From Octopus sinensis (Eukaryota), in assembly GCF_006345805.1 (NCBI RefSeq), contig NC_043011.1:32872464-32936463 (forward strand): DNA of 64,000 bases, read 5' to 3'. Position numbers and translations under genes: made by a program. Position 1 is the first letter of the stretch. Every line of letters starts with the position of its first letter. This document shows, in pieces, positions 52,658 through 64,000 of this stretch. Below the pieces are notes generated by a model, which was given only the letters and a program-made list of their open reading frames with translations, was not told the DNA's origin and did no database searches.

Positions 52658-52881
52658 AGTGTGTATAAGTTTGTGTGTCTGTGTTTGTCCCCCCAATGTT
52701 GCTTGACAACCAATGCTGGTGTGTTTACATCCTCGTAACTCAGCAGTTCGGCAAAAGAGACCGGTAGAATAAGTACCAGGCTTACAAAGAATAAGTCCTG
52801 GGGTTGATTTGCTCAACTAAAGGCGGTGCTCCAGCATGGCCACAGTCAAATGACTGAAAGAAGTAAAAGAGTAAACGAGTA
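52430..52881 (+). mobile_element. Full-length family B SINE
   Basis: Same head, core and tail, with an internal (TA)n. Confidence 0.9.
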
Positions 52882-53045
52882 AATTAAATGTTTTTGGAGA
52901 GTTAGTGAGACAATGGCTGGCACTGTTATAAGGACTAGTTCATATTTTTTAAAGGAAGGAAATACTTTAGAGAAAAAGGAAGTTTTGCAAAGTTTTGTGT
53001 GTGTGCTTGTTCTGGTTGATATAGTGATATGTATATATGTCTGTA

Positions 53046-53914
53046 CATGGTCTGACTGCTATAGTATCCGGACTGCTGCTATAGTAATGAAGCTAAAACA
53101 TGGAGAGTGAAGCCACTTGGCACAGGTTGACCTTGAACTCTACTGTGTATGTGCACTAAGTTTTAACATTCTAGCTCACTTCTGCTGTTTACAGCAGTGC
53201 TTGGAAGGAAGGTGTGTAGCATGTGATCATCACACTGACCATGACAGAGAAAACTGAGCAGAGAATCTACATCAAATTTTGCCAGAAACTCAGCAATACC
53301 TGCTCAGAGGCCTATGCAAAGTTTTCAAAAAGTTTTCATCATTCTTTACACAATCAAGGAGATCTCATGCAACTGAAACCCAAGTGTCCTTTTGGTCAGC
53401 TGAAAGCAGTTTTAGCACAAACTTGGCAGATACATGTCTTATACCCAAATATTCAGTGATGATAGACTGATCTGAACTGTAACTAATCTGCACATCCTCT
53501 GATAACTCAGGGATGGTGATTTGGTGATTTCCCCCTTATACCTGCATGCGCATCTGTGATATTTTTCTCAGTTCTGCTGATTGCCGGTCTCCCAGAACAT
53601 TTGTCAATATCGACGGTTTTTTTGGCCATCTTGGAAACGTCTGAACCACTCATACACTAGTGTGTGGGTTCATACACTCCTCTCCATACACTTTCTACAA
53701 CTTTGCATGGGCCTCTGAGCAGATATCACCATGACAACTTTCTCTGTCATGGTCAATGCAATGATCACATGCTACACACCTTTGTAAACAGCAGAAGTGA
53801 GCTAGAATGTTAAAACTTAGTGCACATGCACAGCAGAGTTCAAGGACAGTCTGTGCCAAGCGGCTTTAACGTTGTTACTATGGCAACAGTCTGGATACTT
53901 ATTGATCAGACCTA

Positions 53915-53915
<1 letters not shown>
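53046..53915. mobile_element. Mariner-derived MITE with ~200-bp inverted arms
   Basis: GGTCTGA...AGTATCCGGACTG / CAGTCTGGATACT...TCAGACC with TA flanks. The left arm encodes a mariner N-terminus, MTEKTEQRIYIKFCQKL. Confidence 0.82.
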
Positions 53916-53945
<30 letters not shown>

Positions 53946-54651
53946 TGTATGAAAGTATGTATGTATGTATGTAAGTATGTATGTATGAGTGTGTGGGTGA
54001 GTGTGTGTGCTGGTTGTTAGGTAGGTATGTATATATATGAGTGTTTGTGTCTGTGTGTTTATGAATGTATCAAAAGAATGTGGTAGGTATGTAGGTATGT
54101 ATGCATGTATATAGGTATCTATTTATCTATCTATTTATCTACATGTATGTCATCATCATCATCATCATCATTTAACATGTTTTTCCATGTTGGCATGGGT
54201 TAGACAGTTTGACTGAAAACTGGTAAGCTGGGGAGCTTTTCAGTTTCTGTCTACCAAATCTGCTCACAAGATTTGGGTCAGCCCACAGCAGCACATGCCG
54301 AAGGTGCCACACAATCTGACTGCATACAGACACAATAAAAGCAACAGAATTATTATCATAACAATAGATATGAGTTCATGGAAAAGCACTCTGTTGAATG
54401 TTAATGAAACGGTGTCAAACTTAACTTAGTAAAAGAACTTAGGTGAAAGTTAGTAAAATGTCCTTAGTTTAGCAGATGAAATTGATCAAAATAGTTGTCA
54501 GCAACATAGATAAATACTAGATAAGCAACTGTATAAGTACTAGATTTTATTTTTATAGAAAGTTGAAGCATTGATTTATATATTTTTGAACATATCTTAA
54601 TTTTTTAATATTCAGAAGTATATATGATGGTACATATATACATATATATAC

Positions 54652-54707
<56 letters not shown>

Positions 54708-54812
54708 GTATATATATATGATGGTGTATTATAATTTTGGATCACATCTTAAAAGGCAAAAATAACAGAATAAACAGCTTAGAAGGGTATGTCACTGCTG
54801 AGGTTGCAAATG

Positions 54813-54920
54813 GTGACAAATGTACTCTGATGAACCTAAGTGATTGACTAACTAAACTAGTAATCAAATGATCAATTAGTTAATTAGTTCATTGGTCAGT
54901 GAAAGTTGAGACAGTGTCAC
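54813..54920 (+). ncRNA. Degenerate hammerhead-like motif with long stem II
   Basis: GTGACA-AA-TGT-A-CT-CTGATGA-(imperfect long stem II)-GAAA-GTTG-AG-ACA-G-TGTCAC. Extended stem I pairs, but the stem III and cleavage-site region is irregular. Confidence 0.4.
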
Positions 54921-56077
54921 GTGCCAACTTGCTGGGGCTGCCTGTTGGGGCCTAGCAGTAGGTATTTAAAGGGGAAATTTGACAAGAAAGTCAGTCGCCC
55001 ACTGACACTCATTGACGCTACATCGAAGAGGCCAGGGAACAGAAGAAAGAAGAAAGAAGACATGCACCCAACACCAGAACTGAAGACACCTCCGAAAGGG
55101 GGGGGGGGGAGCGCCACGTCAAAATGGTTGAGGAGTAGGGGCTGAAACCAGATGGGGTTCCTCCAGATGATGTCTTGAGCTAACTGGATCCTATAAAGGA
55201 GCAGTTGTGGTAGCAGACCATGAAACATGGTTGAAATTCCTCCAATGACATTGTAGGATAAGTGGGAAAGGCTGGATCTGGTCAGTTTGAACATAAAACA
55301 GGAAGAATATTTTGACCAGATGTGGCCAGTTTTAATGCCAAAGGGTTAAAGCAAAGATTTTGTATCAAAAGTCCATGACAGACTCTGACAGATTGGTATC
55401 AAAAGAGTCAACTTGTTTACATAGGCACAAGGAACTCAAATTTACTGAGAATGTAGAATAAGAAGTTGAGACATCTGAGGCCCTAAAATGGTCATTAGTG
55501 AAATGGCATCATACAGAAAATAAGACTGGATAGCAAAAATACATTAATTTATCCAATTTGCACCAGAAGTGACTATACAAGTTTACATGGTCTGAAACAG
55601 CCAAACGGTGTCCAATTTCATACATGGCTAAATTAAGTGAAAATGTCACTCAAGTCTCAAGCCTCTCTTTGTGTTTATTTATTTTATACCACTTCACTTA
55701 ACTCATTAACAACAGGATTTACATGTAGAATACTTGTAAGCTAAAGTGACACAGAATTAATAAATGATATAAGACTATATATATATATATAAGACTATCC
55801 CTCTCTCTCCTTCAGAGAGGCACAAGCACCTACACGTACATATACACACACGGCAGTAACTTCCGCCTGCCGAATTCAAACACAAAGCTTCGGTTGGCTC
55901 GCGGCTATAGTGGAAGACACCTACCCAAAGTGCCACGCAGTGGGACTGAACCCGAAACCATATAGCTAGGAAGCAAGCTCCCTAACCACACAGCCATGCC
56001 CGTATAATATATAAGAATTAAGGTAACAGAGCACATAACTGACATAGAAGATTAGTAGTAAGTATATATATATACAT

Positions 56078-56115
<38 letters not shown>

Positions 56116-56610
56116 ACACACATGTATACATACATGTGTACACACACATATACATACATAAATATATGTATGTATGTATGTATGTTTGTTGACAATCTTA
56201 GAAGGGCTGAGTGGGATGGTATTTTACAGAAAATAAAGTAAATCTCGAACAGTGAAAGGCTATGAAAACACCCTAGAAAACTGGGTAAATACCCCTACTA
56301 GAAAGAAAAGAGGTGCCAGCAGACATGTACAGAGAAACGAACCCTGAACCTTTCAGATACCCCTCTGTAGCTACTAGCTGGCAACTTTTTTAATGGACAT
56401 ATATATATATATATAAATATATGTATATATAGGAAATGATTGTAAATGCTACCTTCATCTCTGCTTCTTCCTTCTTTGTTATCTGATTAATTAAAGACCT
56501 AGCAGCAAAAACCATGGGCTTCCCAATGTTATTATATCCATTTTCTTCTCCTATATAGAGATAAACTTACTTGGAAATGGATGTGTGGCATTCAATCATA
56601 AAATAATATA

Positions 56611-56645
<35 letters not shown>

Positions 56646-56661
56646 CATATCTATCTATCTA

Positions 56662-56709
<48 letters not shown>

Positions 56710-56721
56710 TGTACATACATA

Positions 56722-56755
<34 letters not shown>

Positions 56756-56971
56756 ACATATATATATATATATATATATATGCATATACGGGTACAGGAT
56801 GTCACAAAATGTAAACATGAAATACAAAAACAACATGAAGTACGAAGATGAACATTATTTTGTGAATGAGAGAAACAAATGGTAAACAAGACAAGTAATA
56901 TCACAAAACGACCCTTCATCAGTTGTCAGCGGTTTATCTACTCCACATTTCGATGCCTATGCGTATGTATG

Positions 56972-57025
<54 letters not shown>

Positions 57026-57106
57026 TAGATAGATATATACACATATGTATGTATGTATATATATATATATATATGAATGTAAATATTTTATGTGTGTGTG
57101 TATGTG

Positions 57107-57150
<44 letters not shown>

Positions 57151-57406
57151 TATAGGGACATATGTATGTATACACACACACACATACACACATATATATC
57201 AGTTAACAATTAATGGTACTAACAATCAACACCAGCATGCTGACAGCAGTCAAACTGACCAAACAAGTTATCACTAAACACAAAGGGGAAATAATTAGTA
57301 CCCTTATTTATTAATTGATGTTTTATACTGTTATAGGTTTTTTTTATGCATACTAGACCACTGATATTATTATAAATAATAGTATCCTCATATATATTTT
57401 GATATA

Positions 57407-57465
<59 letters not shown>

Positions 57466-57517
57466 GGCGGTGCCCCAGCAAGGCCACAGCTCGTGAGCTG
57501 AAACTAGAATCAATATG

Positions 57518-57589
<72 letters not shown>

Positions 57590-57590
<1 letters not shown>

Positions 57591-57965
57591 TAGCAGTATC
57601 GCCCGGCGTTGCTCATGTTGTAAGGGAAATAACTATAAAGCATTTTTAGAGAGTTATAGCCAAAAAATAGCAAAAAAATGGAAAAAATGATGGTAAATCT
57701 TTTTTTAGATTTAAAAAAGGTGGAGTTGCGTCCCCTAGACAATTTGTGGTTCGTGTTTCTGATTCTCGACCCCATGTCGAATTTATCGATTTTTTTCAGA
57801 ACTGGGGGAACTTTTCAAAATTTTCGCTGCGTTAGTTTTGAATTATGACATTGGGCTATGTGTGTGTCAAGTTTCATCAGAATCGGTTGACAGCCGTGGT
57901 CAGGGTGAGGGTACAAGCAAACAGACACACAGAAACACGCACAGACAAACTGCCGTTTATATAGA
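57590..57965 (-). mobile_element. Non-autonomous Helitron
   Basis: Minus strand begins A|TCTATATAAAC, has a GTCT-like microsatellite and a GC-rich subterminal stretch, and ends CTAG|T. Inserted at A|T within (TA)n with no TSD. Confidence 0.78.
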
Positions 57966-57971
57966 TATATA

Positions 57972-58004
<33 letters not shown>

Positions 58005-58324
58005 ATATACATATATATTATATATATATATGTATGTATATATGTATGTATGTATGTATGTATATATATATATATTGGAAGGTTTGGAGATGATGTACAG
58101 GTATTTTATATTAGAAGAAATGAGGAACTCAGAAATTCAGATCGTTTTATATTCACAGATATTTATTTGTATATTACATGTTGTTATACATCATATAACT
58201 TATATCATGTATTAGCGCTTTCTCCCATTCTAGTGGGGTTTTCAAATCGACCTAAGTCGAGTTTACCAGTGAGTGTGTTAAATGATAAGGAACAAAAAGA
58301 AAATGACTCTCCCCAGAAACAACA

Positions 58325-58361
<37 letters not shown>

Positions 58362-58362
<1 letters not shown>

Positions 58363-58751
58363 ACTCTTTTACTATTTTACTTGTTTCAGTCATTTGACTG
58401 TGGCCATGCTAGAGCACCACATTCAGTCAAGCAAATCAACCCCAGAGTTTATTCTTTGTAAGCCTAGTACTTTTTCTATCGGTCTCTTTTGCCGAACTGC
58501 TAAGTTACAGGGACATAAACACACCAACATCGGTTGTCAAGCGATGTTGGGGAGACAAACACAGACACACAAACACATACATATATACAACGGGCTTCTT
58601 TTCAGTTTCCGTCTACCAAATCCACTCACAAGGCTTTGGTCGGTCCGAGGCTATAGTAGAAGACACTTGCCTAAGGTGCCATGCAGTGAGACTTAACCTG
58701 GAACCATGTGGTTGGTAAGCAAGCTACTTACCACACAGCCACTCCTACGCC
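58362..58751 (-). mobile_element. Full-length family B SINE (5' half copy also at ~55856-56002)
   Basis: Reverse complement of the family B sequence. Confidence 0.9.
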
Positions 58752-59184
58752 TATGTATGTATATTTATATATACACACTTATACGTGCACATACACACAC
58801 ATGATACAGTGATTAAATGGATTACTTCAATGGTGACTATAGAGTTGTTTAGTTAAGTTGAACTATTTGCTCACTGAGTTAGCACATAAGTGACTATTAC
58901 CACTAGCAGAAGCTAACAGGACACAAAGTGTGTGTGAGAGAGAGGGGGGAGGGGAGATAGAGAGAGAGGGGGAGAGAGAGAGAGAGAGGCTTAGGCGTTT
59001 GAATTACAAATACAATCTCTATGTAATAGGCTTCCAAACAGTCTCTGAATCAGTCCCTTGCTGTTCTGAGTTTTACCTGGAGGTGGGCAGGATATAAGGA
59101 GTGGAAATTTTCTCATTTATAAATAGTTTTCTTGTCATAGGTTGTAATAAAGGATAGGAAATACAAGGAAGAAGTCAACACTAA

Positions 59185-59221
<37 letters not shown>

Positions 59222-59224
<3 letters not shown>

Positions 59225-60200
59225 GGTGTGGACAGTATCCGTTTGCTTGTAAACAGTGTTTTTATCTATTGTGATATATTCGTCAAATTTGGGTCATTTT
59301 GTTTTCATGACATGTTCTGTCAATCTCAATCAATGAACCTGCCTTAGGCTTCAATGACAGCCTGTAAGCAATCTCAGAACCAGCCACAGGCCTTCATCAC
59401 TATCTCCCATTTTAGACCCAAGAAGGCCTTGGTAATCCTGGCCCTCAGCTCATCATTCATGTTGCAGTTGTATTTGTTGGTCTGTCATTCCACCACATCG
59501 TATCCAAAGAAGTCGAGAGGCCGCAGTCTGCTGAGTTGGAAGCCCAAAGGTCAGGTACTATGTGATCAAAGAAATTCTTTGGAAACCAGGCTTCGTTATT
59601 CTGGATGGTGTGGCAGGGCACAGAGTCTTGCTACCACATGTACAGCCTCTCTGCAACTACCCAGACAATTGAGGGTTTCGCCACCTTGCTCAGAACATTG
59701 ATGTAGCCATTGGTGTTCAACCTGCAGCTCTCAGGGAAGAAGTGACATCACCTTCATTGTTGACTGTACCAATGACCATGACTTGTTAGAAATTTCTTCC
59801 TGATGACTCTGGGTGGGTGAGCCTTAGATGAGACAGCAAGCTACGAGGTGACAGCAAAGGCGAAAACCCATGATCGACAATCTGACGCTATCAGAAAACT
59901 GGAATTCATCACTGAAATCCAGGATATCATCAACAATGATCCTTACAAGATGATGCATGCCATTGAACAAGAGAAAGATGTGGATCAGGCTCATCAGGCC
60001 GGTTGTGCATGAGGGTAGTAACTACTTTTCATACAAAATGAAGAAGGGACAATTTCTGTTCAAGGCAATGCAGGAAAATTGATCCAAGCACACTAAGAAG
60101 CTAATCAACAAGTTAAAATGCATGCTGGAGCCAGACATGCCATGTTTCATCTCCAATGGAAACATTTCTCCCAGGACCAAAAGATCAACTCACAGGATGA
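59222..60200. mobile_element. Decayed DD37D (maT-like) Tc1/mariner transposon with an internally inverted transposase gene
   Basis: Minus 59330-59830: W*QDSVPCHT...LWASNSADC-PLDFF, 37 residues between the 2nd and 3rd Asp if a 1-nt deletion is allowed. Plus 59850-60200: RKTHDRQSDAIRKLEFITEIQDIINNDP...FSYKMKKGQF...DQKINSQD. Confidence 0.8.
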
Positions 60201-60380
60201 AATTAAAACCAAACACTTGCTTTTAACTAAGTTAAACAAACAAACAATCAATTAATTAGTTGGATATTTAACCAATTGACAATTAATAAAGGAGTGGAAC
60301 CGAACCAGTGCATGCATTAATAATATTGACATAATGACTCACCCATGACACAACAAAATATATACATATATATATATATA

Positions 60381-60424
<44 letters not shown>

Positions 60425-60476
60425 TACAAACATACATACATATATATGTACATACATACATAAATATACATACATA

Positions 60477-60552
<76 letters not shown>

Positions 60553-60620
60553 GTAGGTCCCGGGTTGATCCGGGGTTAACACAGTAAGTAAGGTACTCAA
60601 TACATAGCAGAGTAAAATTA

Positions 60621-60778
60621 ATTTATTATATAGAAGGAGCTTCTACAGGACTAGTACTGTTTCATTCAAGAGAAATCTTCAGGAAGAGCTTCCTGAAGAT
60701 TTCTCTTGAATGAAACAGTACTAGTCCTGTAGAATGAAACAGTACTAGTCCTGTAGAAGCTCCTTCTATATAATAAAT
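60621..60778. repeat. Perfect 66-bp-arm palindrome (2-nt spacer) with a 24-nt tandem duplication in one arm
   Basis: 60621-60686 is the exact reverse complement of 60689-60778 once one copy of TGAAACAGTACTAGTCCTGTAGAA is removed. Lies in (TA)n and contains CTGAAGA...GAAAC on both strands. Confidence 0.92.
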
Positions 60779-61619
60779 ATATATATGTATATATATATAT
60801 ATGCACGATATACATATATATATACATACATATATACATATATATGTATATATATGTATATATATGCACAATAGATCAAAATGACCGAAGTGATTAATAA
60901 AGAATCTTGGGAATTCTATTTTCTTCTCTTTATCTCCTATACATACATACATACTTTTATATCCTGGTGTTGAATATATAATTTAACAAAGCAGTGGGGA
61001 AAGAAAGTATTCACACATCGCCTTATGAGTACTGTTACATGACGTTAAACACCCTCTGCCAATGACTCACGGAGAACAGCTTACCAAGCAATTGCTCACC
61101 TTGAACTACTGATAGTTCTTTAGGTGTCAGTCCACTTTTAGGTGTCAGTCCACATGGGTGTGATCAGAATTCTGCTACAACATATGCATTAATATATACA
61201 TACATACATACATACATACATACATACAAACAAACAAAAATACCCTGTTATTGATGTTCAAATTCTAATGAAGGAGCCTTGGATCTAGGTTAGAAACTAG
61301 TTCTTTCTCTATTGGCAAGAAATTTTGAAATTATCTATATTATTTACATTTGATGGATATTTCTCCTCATCTTGTTTGTTGTTAACATGTTTTGGCTGAT
61401 ATACCCTCCAGCCTTCACTCCATATGGCGTAATGGTTAAGAGCGTGGGCTACAAACACCAAGATTTCGAGTTTGATTCCAGGCAGTGACCTGAATAATAA
61501 TAATGATGATGATGATGATGATAATGATGATGATGATGATGATGATATTAATAATAATACTAACAACAACATCGAAAAATACCTTAGGAATGAGAACCCA
61601 GGTTTGAAATTTCCCCAAT

Positions 61620-61660
61620 ACACCTGATGAAGGCTGGAGGGTATATCAGCCGAAACGTAA
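61620..61660 (+). ncRNA. Minimal type I hammerhead motif
   Basis: ACAC-CTGATGA-A-GGCTG-GAGGGTATAT-CAGCC-GAAA-CG-TA: perfect core and 5-bp stem II. The 3' strand of stem I is decayed in this copy. Confidence 0.68.
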
Positions 61661-61717
61661 TAACAACAAACAAGATAAGGACAAATATCCGTCAAATGTA
61701 AATAATGTATTTAAAGT

Positions 61718-62125
61718 AGGCATAGGAGTGGCTGTGTGGTAAATAGCTTGCTTACAAACCACATGGATCCGGGTTCTGTTCCACTGTGTGGCACCTTATG
61801 CAAGTGTCTTCTACTATAGCTTCGGGCCGACTGAAGCCTTGTGAATGGATTTGGCAGACGAAAACTGAAAGAAGCCCCTCGTATATATGTATAAATATAT
61901 ATATGTGTGTGTGTGTATGTTTGTGTGTCTGTTTGTCCCCCCCAACATCGCTTGACAACAATGCTAGAGTGTTTACGTCCCCGTAACTTAGCAGTTCAGC
62001 AAAAGAGACCAATAGAATAAGTACTAGGCTTACAAAGAATAAGTCCTGGTGTCGATTTGCTCGACTAAAAGGCGGTGCTCCAGCATGGCCACAGTCAAAT
62101 GACTGAAACAAGTAAAAGAGTAAAA
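61718..62125 (+). mobile_element. Full-length family B SINE nested in the composite element
   Basis: Standard family B sequence; AATGTA occurs near both ends. Confidence 0.88.
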
Positions 62126-62211
62126 TAGTGAATGTACCTAATTCCTCATCTCTGAAATCTTGAAATAAACTGAATAATGACATACATACATACATACATA
62201 CATACATGCAT

Positions 62212-62288
<77 letters not shown>

Positions 62289-62409
62289 GTACTCTAAGTA
62301 CGTATGTGCATTAGTTTGCTTTCTTCACTATGTTTTCTAGGTGTTTCATGCATGCTTTTGACATTTTGCATGTAACACCTAGTAGTTCTGTCTTCTGTTT
62401 GTAATGTAT

Positions 62410-62646
62410 ACTCTTTTACTCTTTTACTTGTTTCAGTCACTTGACTGTGGCCATGCTGGAGCACCGGCTTTAGTCGAGCAAATCGACCCCAGGATTTATT
62501 CATTGTAAGCCTGGTACTTATTGTATTGTCTCTTTTGCCGAACCACTAAGTTACGGGGACATAACCACACCAGTATCGATTGTCAAGCAATGTTGGGGGG
62601 ACAAACACAGACACACAAACATATATACACACATGTACATATATAT

Positions 62647-62679
<33 letters not shown>

Positions 62680-62950
62680 GTATACATATATACGACAGGC
62701 TTCTTTCAGTTTCTGTCTACCAAATCCACCCACAAGGCTTTAGTCAGCCCAAGGCTATAGTAGAAGACACTTGCTCTTTGTAAGCCTAGTACTTATTCTA
62801 TCAGTCTGTTTTGCCGAACTGCTAAGTTACGGGGCCATAAACACACCAGCATCAGATGTCAAGCAATATTGGGGGGGACAGACACAGTCACACAAACAGA
62901 TACACAAACATATATATATATATAATATATATATATATACATATATATAT

Positions 62951-63010
<60 letters not shown>

Positions 63011-63167
63011 GGCTTCTTTCAGTTTCCATCTACCAAGTCCACTCACAAGGCTTTGGTTGGCCCGAAGGTATAGTAGAAAACACTTGCTCAAGGTGCCACG
63101 CAGTGGGACTGAACCCGGAACCATGTGGTTGGTCAGCAAGCTACTTACCACACACCCACTCCTGCGT
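62410..63167 (-). mobile_element. Two fused family B SINE copies (one headless, one tailless)
   Basis: Junction AGAAGACACTTG|CTCTTTGTAAGCC at ~62773. Confidence 0.82.
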
Positions 63168-63420
63168 ATGTTTATGTTATTAACTCTAGTAGTTGTATTC
63201 CATTTCTGTTGGTGTAACTGTAAGGCAGGAGCAAGAGAACGTGTCAAATGTTACTTTAAATTCATGGTTTTGAAGCTAAGTTTCTAGGTTATTGATTCGG
63301 GTTTGGAGAAATTGTATAGGTCGTCTGTTGAAATGCTCATCGGCATTTCTTCTGGCTCAAATTTTGCCCATGAATAACTTTGCCTTTCATCCTTTTTGGA
63401 GTCAATAAAATAATGTACCA

Positions 63421-63880
63421 GTGGGGGTCAAGAAGTGGGAGTCATGAAGTGGGGGTCAAGAAGTGGGGTGAAGAAGTGGGGTTCAAGAAGTAGGGTCAAG
63501 AAGTGGGAATCAAGAAGTGGGGGTCAAGAAGTGAGGGGTCAAGAAGTGGGGTTCAAGAAGTAGGGTCAAGAAGTGGGAATCAAGAAGTGAGGGTCAAGAA
63601 GTGAGGGGCCAAGAAGTAGGAGTCATGAAGTGGGGGTGTCAAGAAGTGGGGGTCAAGAAGTGGGATCAAGAAGTGGGGATCAAGAAGTGGGAATCAAGAA
63701 GTGGAGGTCAAGAAGTAGGGGGTCATGAAGTGGGGGTGTCAAGAAGTAGGGATCAAGAAGTGGGGATCAAGAAGTGGGAATCAAGAAGTGGAGGTCAAGA
63801 AGTAGGGGGTCATGAAGTGGGGGTGTCAAAAAGTAGGGATCAAGAAGTGGTGGTCAAGAAATGGGGTCAAGAAGTGGGGT
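63421..63880. repeat. G-rich minisatellite (13-16-nt unit, TCAAGAAGTGGGG) inside a family A SINE
   Basis: About 30 variant units. The SINE core lies upstream (CTTTGCCTTTCATCC...GTACCAG) and the SINE tail downstream (TTGTGCCAAAGTTTGAAAC). Confidence 0.9.
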
Positions 63881-64000
63881 CCCCCTTGCTAGTGTTGTGC
63901 CAAAGTTTGAAACGGTTATTTTGAAGACAGCAAACTGACAGAACCATCAGCTCATAGCAGTATTTCTTTTGGTTCCTTATGTTCTGAGTTTAAATACCTA

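Larger units (their letters stand above)
61332..62153 (+). mobile_element. Composite element: inverted 3' copy + tRNA-type Pol III head + hammerhead-bearing body, flanked by a 13-bp TSD and interrupted by a family B SINE
   Basis: TSD GAAATTTTGAAAT (61319-61331) / GAAATCTTGAAAT (62154-62166). Inverted repeat 61336-61417 vs 61628-61709. A-box TGGCGTAATGG at 61425 and B-box-like GTTTGATTC at 61470. Confidence 0.75.

Noticed and set aside
56916-56951. Minus-strand GAAA...CTGATGA in a TA-embedded insert (possible permuted hammerhead)
   Set aside because: The helices needed for a type II or III topology could not be built.
61265-61303. CTAATGA...AGCCT/AGGTT...GAAACTAGT hammerhead-like motif in the host repeat
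   Set aside because: Core mismatch, extra unpaired bases before stem II, and no convincing stem I.
61418-61492. Functional tRNA gene
   Set aside because: The acceptor and anticodon stems pair poorly, the B-box is mutated and the sequence runs into a repeat body. It is better read as a SINE head.
63601-63924. Repetitive 107-aa ORF (QEVG repeats)
   Set aside because: It is a translation of the minisatellite inside a SINE.

Overview
AT-rich, microsatellite-dense animal genomic DNA. The SINE families look like those of an octopus (coleoid cephalopod); this is an inference. The only host gene is the 3' part of a + strand C2H2 zinc-finger transcription factor: exon 927-1284, an 8.2-kb TE-packed intron, and terminal exon 9460-10752. 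It ends in an Ikaros/Hunchback-type dimerization finger pair and carries PEDLS, RKQxxP and SUMO motifs. About 24 kb of TE-poor, T-rich sequence follows, possibly a very long 3' UTR, and it contains an array of about 8 tandem hairpins (14768-15225). From about 35 kb to the end the window is mostly transposon relics: tRNA-derived SINEs, mariner, DD37D/maT, pogo and piggyBac-like relics, a Helitron and R4/Dong-type LINE ends. The most notable hidden signal is a set of minimal type I hammerhead-ribozyme motifs in microsatellite-embedded, often fold-back, Penelope-pLTR-like repeats. One of these is a composite element with a tRNA-type Pol III head, a hammerhead and an inverted copy of its own 3' end (61332-62153). 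Repeat boundaries were set by eye and are approximate.
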